Source: Mobula hypostoma
Taxonomy: Eukaryota
Direction of reading: 5' to 3'
Length of the DNA stretch: 64,000 nucleotides
NCBI RefSeq assembly: GCF_963921235.1
Contig: NC_086097.1
Coordinates: forward strand, 112,160,001-112,224,000
The position numbers were made by a program, and so were the translations under genes. Position 1 is the first letter of the stretch. Every line of letters begins with the position of its first letter. This document shows, piece by piece, positions 12,480 through 23,527 of the stretch. The notes under the pieces were generated by a model. The model ran no database searches and was not told the DNA's origin. It saw nothing but the letters and a program-made list of their open reading frames with translations.

Positions 12480-13028
12480 GTAGTTACACCTCATCTTGAG
12501 TATTACATTCTGTCATCCCATTACAGGAAGGATGTGGAGGCTTTGGAGATGGTGCAGGAATGAATAAATAGGGTACTGTCTGGATTACAGGGCATATTGT
12601 ATGAGAAGAGTTTGGACAAACTTGATCTCTCTGGAGTGGCAAAGTCTGAGTGGAGATCTGACAGAGGTTTGTAAGATGTTGGGAGACAAATATTGACATC
12701 CTTTTCACAGGTTTGAAGTGTTTAATACCAGAGAGCATACATTTAAGTTGAAAGGGTAATTTCAAAGGAAATGTGTGCAGCAAGCTTTTTATTTACAAAG
12801 AATGGTGGGTGCCTGGCACGCACTGCTTGGAATGGTGGAGGAGGTAAATATAATAGAGGTATTCAAAAGGCTCTTAGATAGGCACATGAATGTGCAGAAA
12901 ATGGAAGGATATGGACATTGTGCAGGCAGAAGGGATTAACGTAGTTTGGTATTTGAATTAATTCAACATAAGATTATGGGCAGAAGGGCCTTTTCTTGCG
13001 TGGGACTGTTATATATTCTACATTCTGT
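12480..13028 (+). mobile_element. Degraded CR1 LINE 3' fragment
   Basis: PHLEYY..SSHYRKDVEALE remnant and CR1 3'UTR; related to 34950-35590. Confidence 0.8.
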
Positions 13029-13156
13029 AAATTTAACTCTTGAGAGAGAGAACATCAGCTGATTTAATCCCTGCCTAGTGTAGAAGTTCCTGCCATTAAA
13101 GAGTCTAGAGATACCAAGAGGATAAGGAGATCATAGACAAGAACATTCGTTGAAAT

Positions 13157-13304
13157 CAGTGAGAGTAGGAATGCGATGAGGTGGAGGATAAATGCGTGGC
13201 TGAGGGATTGGAGCAGGGGGCAGGGATTCAAGTTTTTGGATCATTGGGACCTCTTTTGGTGCAGGCGTGACCTGTACAAAAAGGATGGGTTACACTTGAA
13301 TCCT
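13157..13304 (+). pseudogene. CR1 ORF1 fragment, SGNH/GDSL esterase-like domain
   Basis: SESRNAMRWRINAWLRDWSRGQGFKFLDHWDLFWCRRDLYKKDGLHLNP; DGLHLN is the DxxH block typical of CR1 ORF1 esterase domains. Confidence 0.8.
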
Positions 13305-13328
13305 ATATGGTACCTATATGTACCACGA

Positions 13329-13547
13329 CCTCTCAGAAAGCCGTTGGAGAAAAAAAAAAACGAAAATTTCAAAAATCTCTTTCTCGGCACTCCCACTCAG
13401 ACTCTCAGACTCCTTCTTCGAATCAAACCCGAAGCAGGATGTCTGCCTTTTTAAATCTGCCGCGCTGCACTGCCCGACGTCACACGCCTGCGCAGTCCCG
13501 CCTCTCAGAAAGCCGTTGGAGAAAAAAAATAACGAAAATTTCAAAAA
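13329..13547 (-). repeat. 172-bp-period tandem monomer (1.27 copies) with promoter motifs on the minus strand
   Basis: 47-bp direct repeat at 13329-13375 and 13501-13547 (one mismatch). The minus strand reads GGCGGG, TGCGCAGGCG, TGACGTC and ATTTAAAAA in that order. Confidence 0.85.
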
Positions 13548-15936
13548 CTTCAATCTACATGTAGACTGGGTGAACCAAATTGGTAAAGGTGCTGAGGAAG
13601 AGGATTTCTTGGAATGTATGCGGGATGGTTTTTTGAACCAACATGTCGAGGAACCAACTAGAGAGCAGGCTATTCTGGACTGGGTTTTGAGCAATGAGGA
13701 AGGGTTAATTAGCGATCTTGTCGTGAGAGGCCCCTTGGGTAAGAGTGACCATAATATGGTGGAATTCTTCATTAACATGGAGAGTGACATAGTTAATTCA
13801 GAAACAAAGGTTCTGAACTTAAAGAGGGGTAACTTTGAAGGTATGAGACATGAATTAGCTAAGATAGACTGGCAAATGACACTTAAAGGATTGACGGTGG
13901 ATATGCAATGGCAAGCATTTAAAGGTTGCATGGATGAACTACAACAATTGCTCATCCCAGTTTGGCAAAAGAATAAATCAAGGAAGGTAGTGCACCCGTG
14001 GCTGACAAGAGAAATTAGGGATAGTATCAATTCCAAAGAAGTAGCATACAAATTAGCCAGAGAAAGTGGCTCACCTGAGGACTGGGAGAAATTCAGAGTT
14101 CAGCAGAGGAGGACAAAGGGCTTAATTAGGAAGGGGAAAAAAGATTATGAGAGAAAACTGGCAGAGAACATAAAAACGGACTGTAAAAGCTTTTATAGAT
14201 ATGTAAAAAGGAAAAGACTGATAAAGACTAATGTAGGTCCCCTGCAGGCAGAAACAGGTGAATTGATTATGGGGAGCAAGGACATGGCAGACCAATTGAA
14301 TAATTACTTTGGTTCTGTCTTCACTAAGGAGGACATAAATAATCTTCCAGAAATAGTAAGGGACAGAGGGTCCAGTGAGATGGAGGAACTGAGTGAAATA
14401 CATGTTAGTAGGGAAGTGGTGTTAGGTAAATTGAAGGGATTGAAGGCAGATAAATCCCCAGGGCCAGATGGTCTGCATCCCAGAGTGCTTAAGGAAGTAG
14501 CCCAAGAAATAGTGGATGCATTAGTGATAATTTTTCAAAACTCGTTAGATTCTGGACTAGTTCCTGAGGATTGGAGGGTGGCTAATGTAACCCCACTTTT
14601 TAAAAAAGGAGGGAGAGAGAAACCGGGGAATTATAGGCCGGTTAGCCTAACGTCGGTGGTGGGGAAACTGCTGGAGTCAGTTATCAAGGATGTGATAACA
14701 GCACATTTGGAAAGCGGTGAAATGATCGGACAAAGTCAGCATGGATTTGTGAAAGGAAAATCATGTCTGACGAATCTCATAGAATTTTTTGAGGATGTAA
14801 CAAGTAGAGTGGATAGGGGAGAACCAGTGGATGTGGTATATTTGGATTTTCAAAAGGCTTTTGACAAGGTCCCACACAGGAGATTAGTGTGCAAACTTAA
14901 AGCACACGGTATTGGGGGTAAGGTATTGGTGTGGGTGGAGAATTGGTTAGCAGACAGGAAGCAAAGAGTGGGAATAAACGGGACCTTTTCAGAATGGCAG
15001 GCGGTGACTAGTGGGGTACCGCAAGGCTCAGTGCTGGGACCCCAGTTGTTTACAATATATATTAATGACTTGGATGAGGGAATTAAATGCAGCATCTCCA
15101 AGTTTGCGGATGACACGAAGCTGGGTGGCAGTGTTAGCAGTGAGGAGGATGCTAAGAGGATGCAGGGTGACTTGGATAGGTTGGGTGAGTGGGCAAACTC
15201 ATGGCAGATGCAATTTAATGTGGATAAATGTGAAGTTATCCACTTTGGTGGCAAAAATAGGAAAACAGATTATTATCTGAATGGTGGCCGATTAGGAAAA
15301 GGGGAGGTGCAACGAGACCTGGGTGTCATTATACACCAGTCATTGAAAGTGGGCATGCAGGTACAGCAGGCGGTGAAAAAGGCGAATGGTATGCTGGCAT
15401 TTATAGCGAGAGGATTCGAGTACAGGAGCAGGGAGGTACTACTGCAGTTGTACAAGGCCTTGGTGAGACCACACCTGGAGTATTGTGTGCAGTTTTGGTC
15501 CCCTAATCTGAGGAAAGACATCCTTGCCATAGAGGGAGTACAAAGAAGGTTCACCAGATTGATTCTTGGGATGGCAGGTCTTTCATATGAAGAAAGACTG
15601 GATGAACTGGGCTTGTACTCGTTGGAATTTAGAAGATTGAGGGGGGATCTGATTGAAACGTATAAGATCCTAAAGGGATTGGACAGGCTAGATGCGGGAA
15701 GATTGTTCCCGATGTTGGGGAGGTCCAGAACGAGGGGTCACAGTTTGAGGATAGAGGGGAAGCCTTTTAGGACCGAGATTAGGAAAAACTTCTTCACACA
15801 GAGAGTGGTGAATCTGTGGAATTCTCTGCCACAGCAAACTGTTGAGGCCAGTTCATTGGCTATGTTTAAGAGGGAGTTAGATATGGCCCTTGTGGCTACA
15901 GGGGTCAGGGGGTATGGAGGGAAGGCTGGGTTCTGA
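13546..15936 (+). CDS. CR1 ORF2, 5'-truncated: C-terminal part of APE endonuclease plus intact reverse transcriptase
   Basis: Within ORF 13318..15936. Motifs FNLHVDW (remnant of GDFN), GKSDHN, PGPDG, NYRPVSLTS, YLDFQKAFDKV, GVPQGSVLGP, FADD, and the CR1-typical C-terminus (LVRPHLEYC, RRLRGDLI, FFTQRVVNLWNSLP). Confidence 0.93.
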   Translation, partial: NFNLHVDWVNQIGKGAEEEDFLECMRDGFLNQHVEEPTREQAILDWVLSNEEGLISDLVVRGPLGKSDHNMVEFFINMESDIVNSETKVLNLKRGNFEGMRHELAKIDWQMTLKGLTVDMQWQAFKGCMDELQQLLIPVWQKNKSRKVVHPWLTREIRDSINSKEVAYKLARESGSPEDWEKFRVQQRRTKGLIRKGKKDYERKLAENIKTDCKSFYRYVKRKRLIKTNVGPLQAETGELIMGSKDMADQLNNYFGSVFTKEDINNLPEIVRDRGSSEMEELSEIHVSREVVLGKLKGLKADKSPGPDGLHPRVLKEVAQEIVDALVIIFQNSLDSGLVPEDWRVANVTPLFKKGGREKPGNYRPVSLTSVVGKLLESVIKDVITAHLESGEMIGQSQHGFVKGKSCLTNLIEFFEDVTSRVDRGEPVDVVYLDFQKAFDKVPHRRLVCKLKAHGIGGKVLVWVENWLADRKQRVGINGTFSEWQAVTSGVPQGSVLGPQLFTIYINDLDEGIKCSISKFADDTKLGGSVSSEEDAKRMQGDLDRLGEWANSWQMQFNVDKCEVIHFGGKNRKTDYYLNGGRLGKGEVQRDLGVIIHQSLKVGMQVQQAVKKANGMLAFIARGFEYRSREVLLQLYKALVRPHLEYCVQFWSPNLRKDILAIEGVQRRFTRLILGMAGLSYEERLDELGLYSLEFRRLRGDLIETYKILKGLDRLDAGRLFPMLGRSRTRGHSLRIEGKPFRTEIRKNFFTQRVVNLWNSLPQQTVEASSLAMFKRELDMALVATGVRGYGGKAGF

Positions 15937-17475
15937 GTTGGATGATCAGCCATGATCATAATAAATGGCGGTGCAGGCTCGAAGGGCCGAATGGCCTACT
16001 CCTGCACCTATTTTCTATGTTTCTATGAAATGTGTGAGGAGCCAACTGTGCTGTTGGGCTCTGGTATTGGGCGGAGACTGGTAAAGAAGGTGTAAGGGTC
16101 TAGGGAGGAGTTGCTATGGAGACTACACTCATGTTATTGGGAATTGGGATGCACCAAGATGTATTGAAGAACATTGTTTTTACATACCATCCTTACAAAT
16201 CATTTCAAAACATGGTACTTCAGGGTAGAACAACAGAAAAATGTGGCAAGAATGGGTGTGGCCAGATGGATGAATAGCAACATTGGAAAGAATACCATGG
16301 TTGATTGAGATTGGGTACTGGAGATCAGACAGATAGGAAAAGAGATCGGAGGGCATTACCAGGTGGGAGCCTTTACTGATGATGAAACGTTAAAGACTGA
16401 GTCTATGAGGAGGAAAATGGAAGAGTTGGACTCATCGGCAGCAGCACATATAGGGTCAAGACAAAAATTAATGCGGAATATTTTTCCTATATTTAAAACC
16501 TGTTCCTCATAGATACAGCATATGATGTTGAGAGACAAAGAATCCAAAAGTGTTCAAATTAAGACCCTAAGACATAGGAGCAAAATTACACCATTCAGCC
16601 CATCAAGTCTGAATATATCACTCAGATTTGATAAAGTGTTATTGATGTGCGCCTATAAATTTTGTTATCCTGATAGGACTTCTAGATTCTGCTTTCCAAA
16701 ACTCACTATATGACACCATTTTACTAGTGAACAACATATATTTCCCTGACAGACTTTCATTGCACATTAGTCAGAATTTTCCACACAATCCTCCCATTAA
16801 AATTGCTTGTGTAATGATGTTTTTAAAAGTAAATAGGCAGTGAAGTGCAAAGGGACAAAGGCATAAACAAAGTGACTCTGCTCCAGTTTCCATGAGAGAA
16901 ATATGACTGCTTTTGACTTGTGGTCACTGCTGTCAAAATGACTTTGGATATTTGTGTCAGCGCAGAGGGGCACAAATGGGAATGAATCACATACTATATG
17001 CAGCTGTGAATGTGACATCACAAGTTCAGCCACATGAGTTCCCACTCAAGCCTCTGCCCAAATTAACTATGATGCTGTGTTCCAGCATTTTAATAAATTA
17101 TACAGTCAATAGAAGCTGTTCCCCGAAGACTTATTTGTGGATATTTAATGACAATCTTTACCGATTATGAACAGACGCCTTTTCTGCTTGCAGTTTAATG
17201 TTCGAGGCAGTTATGTTCTCCTTTTGTTTTTTACCGTAATTGTTTACTTTTACCTTGTTTTCACCCAATTTTTAACAGATTATTTAATGAGAAGGAATAT
17301 TTGTGTTATATAGCTTGCTGGAAAATTCAACCAAACTGGGAAAAGAACCATTGAGCTAACATTGCTATGTGACACAGTTTCTAGGTTGCAGTCTTTTGAA
17401 GCTCGGTCAGATTTTGACTGTACTTGCAACTTGCATCACAACTTGTACATAGGAGATAGGAACAGACTTGGTTAC

Positions 17476-17577
17476 CAGGTAAAGCTTTGGAGCCAGGTTT
17501 CCCCATCAAGCCTCGGGCTCGGATAACCTCTACTTCTAATTGCCCTTTCTTATCCATCATACCGATCTGGATGTCAC
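17476..17577 (-). CDS. RIMS2: RIMS2 coding exon (102 nt), start of C2B domain
   Basis: Acceptor TTTATGCAG|, donor |GTAAC; (G)DIQIGMMDKKGQLEVEVIRARGLMGKPGSKALP(A). Confidence 0.96.
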
Positions 17578-18219
17578 CTGCATAAAGAGAAGATACACTT
17601 TATTTAAAGAGCTGGATTTTTAGTATTGAGATGAATTTCAAAGATTGCTCCTGATGTACAGAGTTGTTTGATGGAACCACCGGTACAGGAGGAAATTTCC
17701 ACTGTTTGCATTGACCCTAATTTTTCTGGTTGATGATCATACCACATGAAAACGGAGTCTTCATTCACATTGTTTATGCAGGAGAACTCTCTCTCTCTCT
17801 ATGGGCAACCAGCAGATTTCAGAATGCACTTAGTATAATACTGGAAAAATAATCAACAAAGCATGCTAGCTGATTTGTTGCTTCTTCTAGGACCTTGCAA
17901 TCTTCTTGCTGTGTTATACACATGGAGATTCCCTGGGGTTGATATCAAAATCCATTGTTTAGGCCTTGAGGAACAAAGGGACCAAAGCTACAATTTTCCT
18001 GTTTTAGCTGTACTGCCACAGAGAGGAGTTCAATTTGAGAAATTGATTTCTTACTGAAGAGAGTGGGTGTATAAAAAAATACAATTTGCCACAGGTAGCT
18101 CTCAGAAACATTGTGGTTTGTTACCAAACATCATTAAAGTGGGTGGAGCAGGCTGCCTATTATTGTCAGTCAACAAATTCTGAATGGAACAGGGACAACT
18201 CAGGAAAGGGTTAAATAAC

Positions 18220-18976
18220 AGTCCTTCCAGGTAAGGCAACATTTCATCTACAAGTCTATTGGGATCATCTACTGTATCCGGTCTTCCTGGTGCAGCATCC
18301 TCTATGTCGATGGGACCCTACACAGATTAGGGGATCAATTTGTTGAGAGCCTTTGCTCTATCTGCAACAGGCAGGATTTTCCAATGGCCAACTATTTTAA
18401 TTTCACTCCCCATTCCCATTCCAAAATGTGGGTCCATGGTCTCCTCTCCTGCCATGATGAGGCCATTCTCAGGTTGGAAGAGCAACACCTTATAGTCCAC
18501 TTGGGTAGCCTCTAATCTGACAGCATGAACATCGATTTCTCCAATTTCTGGTAATATCTACCCCCTTCCCCTTCTCTCCTTTTCCATTCCCTGTTCTGGC
18601 TCTCCTCTTACTCCTTCTCTTCCCCTCACCTGCCTATCACCTCCCTCAGGTGCCCTTCCTCCTTCTTATTCTCCCATGGTCCACTCTCCTCTCCTGTCAG
18701 ATCCCTCCTTCTTCCACACTTTACCTTTTCCACCTATCACATCCCAGCTTCTCACTTCATTCCCCCCTCCCACACCCACCCGCATTCCCCCTTACCTGGC
18801 TTTACCTATCACCTGCCAGCTTGTCCTCTTTCCCCTTCCCCCACCTTCTTATTTTGGCTTCCTCCCCCTTCCTTTTCTGTCCTGATGAAGGGTCTCAGCC
18901 CAAAACACTGAAGCTATATTCCTCTTTCTGGATTCTGCCTGACCTGCTGAGCACCCCCAGCATTTTCTGTGTGTTA
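18220..18976 (+). mobile_element. Degraded Penelope-like element 3' part (GIY-YIG remnant, pyrimidine-rich UTR, hammerhead-like motif)
   Basis: Colinear with 33165-33900; CTGATGAAGGGTCTCAGCCCAAAAC at 18882-18906. Confidence 0.8.
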
Positions 18977-19004
18977 CTGAGAAAAGGGGACGGGAGAGTA
19001 CAAA

Positions 19005-19568
19005 ATAGAACCATAGAACATTACAGCACAGAAACAGGCCTTTTGGCCCTTCTTGGCTGTGCCAAACCACTTTTCTGCCCAGTCCCACTGACCTGTACCT
19101 GGACCATATCCCTCCATACACCTCTCATCCATGTACCTGTCCAAGTTTTTCTTAAATGTTAAAAGTGAGCCTGCATTTACCACTTCATCTGGCAGCTCAT
19201 TCCACACTCCCACCACTCTCTGTGTGAAGAAGCCCCCCCGCCAATGTTCCCTTTAAACTTTTCCCCCTTCACCCTTAACCCATGTCCTCTGGTTTTTTTC
19301 TCCCCTAGCCTCAGTGGAAAAAGCCTGCTTGCATTCACTCTATTTATACCCATCATAATTTTATATACCTTTATCAAATCTCCCCTCATTCTTCTACGCT
19401 CCAGGGAATAAAGTCCTACCTATTCAACCTTTCTCTGCAACTCAGTTTCTCAAGTCCCGGCAACATCCTTGTAAACCTTCTCTGAACTCTTTCAACCTTA
19501 TTAATATCCTTCCTGTAATTTGGTGACCAAAATTCCACACAATACTCCAGATTTGGCCTCACCAATGC
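19005..19568 (-). mobile_element. CR1 LINE 3' fragment
   Basis: ORF-track peptides RGDLIKVYKIM...TRGHGLRV and VVGVWNELPDEVV...FKKNLDRYM; (TTCTATGG) tail. Confidence 0.9.
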
Positions 19569-20839
19569 AATAAGTAGCCCAATTATCTAAAAGAGTCACA
19601 CAATCTGTCCCATTCCATTCCCGGCATCCCGACACTGATGGCGAGATTTACATTCGTATATTTGCAGTCAACAGCAGTCACTGCACTTTTGTCCATATTC
19701 CTAAAGAAGCTGGAATTCATCAAGATATATGATTTTTGAGGAAGATTTTGAGACGTCAGGAATTTCAGTTTAATATGCCAAAGCAATTTATTTATATCTG
19801 CAGTCATTTTAAGATATGTTTTAAAATTTGGATCATGGGCATGACAGACTTACATTAAGCATTGCTCCTGTTCCGTTTACTACTGTGCCATAAGGTACGT
19901 CTGACCAGATTGTAAAGACTTGGACAGCAGCAAACTATTTTACAACTGCTTTGTTCTGCCCATCTCCACATCCCTAACAGTGCATCAATATCTATTTTTA
20001 AAATACACATTGTGCGCATTTATTTCCCTTGCTATTTCGCTGAATTGCAACTGATAGTTATTGAAATAAACACTTCTTGAATAATCACAACAGCCCAGTG
20101 ACGCACAGTCTCCACAGATTTCCAGCACCCTGCTAGCATTTCCTCCTGGGTCGTATTCATAGGCCTTTTGGATTCAGAGTCAATGTCATTCTCCTGTATT
20201 ATGATTGAATGAAATACAACAAAGATAATACAAATAAAAACAAGTTAAAATTATAAACACGAGAAAGTTAAAATTATGATGCATATTATTAGTAGCAAAC
20301 TAAATTGGAATACCTCTCTCTGCTTTCAAAACAAAGTAGAAAAGAACAGAATCTGCAACAGCTCATTAGATGTGTTTGTTATAGATGCCTGACGTGATTG
20401 TAATCTGATTGAAATAGTGCTTGTGAGTTAGGCTGAAAATGCACACTGGTGCCTCAAAATGCCCCAAGATGCCCTGTGAAACCTTTCATTATTTATATCA
20501 ATCATTTATTTGCCAGAGTTAACATGGATTAATTGGGAGATGAGATTTAGCCTAAGTTTACCAGTCGTTAGAAATTTGAATGATCTCTCCTCATCTGGAC
20601 TTTTAGGATAGAGACCTGGCTCACTTTTCAGTTCCATCGAACAAACATAATGTTATCTGCGTATTTTAAAGCTGCCATGGCAGATTGTTTTACAATAGAA
20701 AATGAGACAGAAGTAATCTCTTACTTGATTTTTTTTTAAAGTCTCCTTGTAAATGTGTTAATTTATTTATTTATTGAGATACAGTGCAGAATAAGCCTTG
20801 ATAAATCCTGGATTTATCGATTTTCTCACTTGCAAACCC

Positions 20840-22078
20840 CAGTTAGTATGGATTGGCAATAACATCTTCTCCACAGCCACCATCAGCACAGGTACATCAC
20901 AAGGTTGTGTACTACTACTACCCTGCTCTACTCGCTTCATACTTCATAGCTAACTACAACTTCAATGTATACAACTACCCTGCTCTACTCGCTTCATACT
21001 TCATAGCTAACTACAACTTCAATGTATACAACTACCCTGCTCTACTCACATCATACTTCATAGCTAACTACAACTTCAATGTGTACTACTACCTTGCTCT
21101 ACTCACATCATACTTCAATGCCATACTTAAATTTGTTGATGACACACTGTTGTTGTCTGAGTCAAAGGTGGTGATGAATCAGCATATAGGAGGGAGGTTG
21201 GAAATCTGGTTGAATGGTGTCAAAACCACTCTCTCATTGTCAGAAAAACCAAAGAGCTGCAAATTGATGACAGGAATAATAAACCAAAGATCCATAAGCC
21301 AGTCCTCATCTGGGGATCAAAGGTGGAGAGTGTTGGTAACTTTAAATTTCTTGGCGTTATCATATAAGAGAATCTGTCCTGGGACCAGCTCATAAATGCC
21401 ATCACAGAGAAGGCAGCACCTCTACTTCCTTAGAAATTTGTGCAGATTCAACATGTCATCGAAACAACTGACAAACTTCTATAGATGCACAGTGGAGAGC
21501 ATCCTGACTAGTCGCATAATGGCCTGGTATGAAAACACCAGTGGCCAAGAATAGAAAAGCCTTCAAAAAGTGGTGAATACAGTCTAGTCCATCACAGGCA
21601 ATGCCCTCACCACTACTGAGCACATCTACAAAGATAGCAGCATCCATCATCAAGTACCTCCACCAAATAGGACATGCTCTTCTCACTGCTGCCATCAGGA
21701 AAAGGGTATAGGAGCCTTAGGGCCCACACCAGCAGGTTCAGGATCAGTTATTACCTTTCAACCATCAGGCTCCTGAACCACTGTGGATAACCTTATTCCC
21801 CTCAACTCTGAACTGATTCCACCAATGGACTTAAATTCAAGGACTCTACCACTCACATTCTCAGCATTATTTATTTATTTACTTAAAAAAAAAAAAAATT
21901 TATTGCACATTTTGTCTTCTTTTGCATATTAGCTGTTTGCCAGACTTTGTGCGTGGTCTTTCATTGATCTATTGCATTTCTCTGTTCTACTGTGAATGCC
22001 TGCAAGAAAATGAATCTCAGTGTAGGGTATGGTGACATGTGCTTACTTAGTTAATAAATTTTATTTGAGCTTTGACCT
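20840..22078 (+). mobile_element. Degraded Rex1/Babar-like LINE (RT C-terminal half and 3'UTR)
   Basis: KFVDDT (RT xADD motif remnant), DESAYRREV, FKFLGV and NFYRCTVESILT in shifting frames; family assignment is from recalled motifs. Confidence 0.75.
20908..21120 (+). repeat. 57-bp tandem repeat (~3.6 copies) inside the LINE
   Basis: Unit TACCCTGCTCTACTCGCTTCATACTTCATAGCTAACTACAACTTCAATGTATACAAC; visible as a 19-aa repeat in ORF 20853..21395. Confidence 0.92.
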
Positions 22079-22384
22079 TTAATAGATCTTAGTGTTTCCC
22101 AATTACAAGTGTTAGATTAACTAGCATACAGCTTTTTACTTCCTGTCTCTTCTTTTCGAACGACAGTGTTATTTTGCAGTTTTACAATTCATTGGAGCCT
22201 TTCCAGAATCTAGGAAAGTTTGGAATGATCACAAGCAGTGAATAAGCTAACCGTACGGCCACTTTTCATATAGTACCCCAATGATTCAATGCTCTTCACA
22301 ACCTGTAATTCAACTTATCAATATTCAACTAATCTTTTTGGATGAAAATGTCCTGCTTTGATGCAAAATATGAGAGCTGCTCAC

Positions 22385-22497
22385 CCATGGATGGTGTGGC
22401 AAGGGTCTGACGTCCAACCATCTGCGCTGGACCAAGGCCATCCAGAAAATCACTGAACTGACTGTCCGATGCCAATCGAACACCAGGAAAGATAAGG
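22385..22497 (-). CDS. RIMS2: RIMS2 coding exon (113 nt)
   Basis: Acceptor CCCCACAG|, donor |GTGAG; (N)LIFPGVRLASDSQFSDFLDGLGPAQMVGRQTLATPSM(G); lies within ORF-track 22329..22553. Confidence 0.96.
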
Positions 22498-23436
22498 CTG
22501 TGGGGAATATAAGTTAAGAAATTTACTGTTATGTTCACTAATCTTGAAGTCATGAGTTTGTGCCAATTATTATTTCTTAACCTCCACCTTGAAATGCATC
22601 CAGAAATTTTTATTTCTTGATATTTACAGGTTCAGAGAGTTGTAAACTCAGCACACTCCATCATCAGCGCTAGGTTCCCCACCACTGAGGACATCCTCAA
22701 AAGGCTGCCATCAAGGAGGAGATACAGGAGCCTGAAGATGCACAGTCAGTGTTTTAGGAACAGCTTCTTTCCTTCCACCATCATATTTCTGAATGGTCCA
22801 TGAACTCATGAGCACTACCTCACTATTTGCTCTCATTTTGCACTACTTATATATTTCTATATATTTCTTATTGTAAATTTTAGGTATTGCAATGTTCTGC
22901 TGCCACAAAACAACAAATTTCATGACATTTGTCAGTGATAATAAACTTGATTCTGATTCGTTATGCAATGAGATGCACTACATAGATGCAGTTCAAGAAG
23001 GCAGCTCACCATAACTTTCTCAAGGACTTTCCAGCAATGCTCTGTTCTTGTGTACAAATAAGAAAAAAAAATTTTTCAAGGGCTTCGTCATATCTCGTAT
23101 TTGTGACATTTCAATCATTAAGTACCATTGGATGTCATTTTCAGTTTGGTAATGCGTAAATTCAGCAATATGTGAACAAAGAATAATTTAATTAACTTTC
23201 AAGTGAAAGTATCATTGATCTCTGACAAATCCTAGACCTAGATTAACAGTTCGATGTATATCTGATAGGTTAATTTTGTTTTTGACCAGATTGAAATATT
23301 GCTGCTCTCTCATGGCCATTAGTCATCTGAGGCCAAGAAGGCACAATTCTAAAAATATCATTCAAATTTGTTAGTCAGGAGCCCTACAAGCCAAAATGAC
23401 CAGCATACTGACATCCCCATTTAGCTTTAGTCGAAT

Positions 23437-23527
23437 TGTGTGTGTATGTGTGTGTATAAGAGTGAGAGAGTGCAAGATGAGAGAGAGAGAGAGTGAGAGA
23501 GAGAGAAAGAGAGAGAGACAGAGAGAA
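23437..23527 (+). repeat. (TG)n/(GA)n microsatellite
   Basis: Direct reading. Confidence 0.9.

Larger units (their letters stand above)
13157..16027 (+). mobile_element. Young composite CR1-clade LINE insertion (ORF1 fragment + inverted promoter-like repeat + 5'-truncated ORF2 + 3'UTR/tail)
   Basis: 3' tail (TTTCTATG)n at ~16009-16027; candidate TSD TGAAAT at 13151-13156 and 16026-16031; uninterrupted ORF2 reading frame; CpGs retained. Confidence 0.93.

Noticed and set aside
13318..15936. 872-aa ORF as an intact autonomous LINE ORF2 or a novel fusion gene
   Set aside because: The first ~76 codons come from filler plus the inverted non-coding monomer. The N-terminal half of the endonuclease is missing and GDFN reads KNFN. 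The open frame reflects a young insertion, not a demonstrated gene.
13314..15959. Antisense ORFs (13314..14051, 14122..14403, 14850..15254, 15273..15554, 15738..15959)
   Set aside because: Shadow frames of CR1 ORF2 with no independent motifs.
20853..21395. 180-aa ORF with 19-aa repeats; also considered as a CRISPR-like array
   Set aside because: A 57-bp head-to-tail tandem repeat without unique spacers inside a decayed LINE; eukaryotic context with no cas genes.
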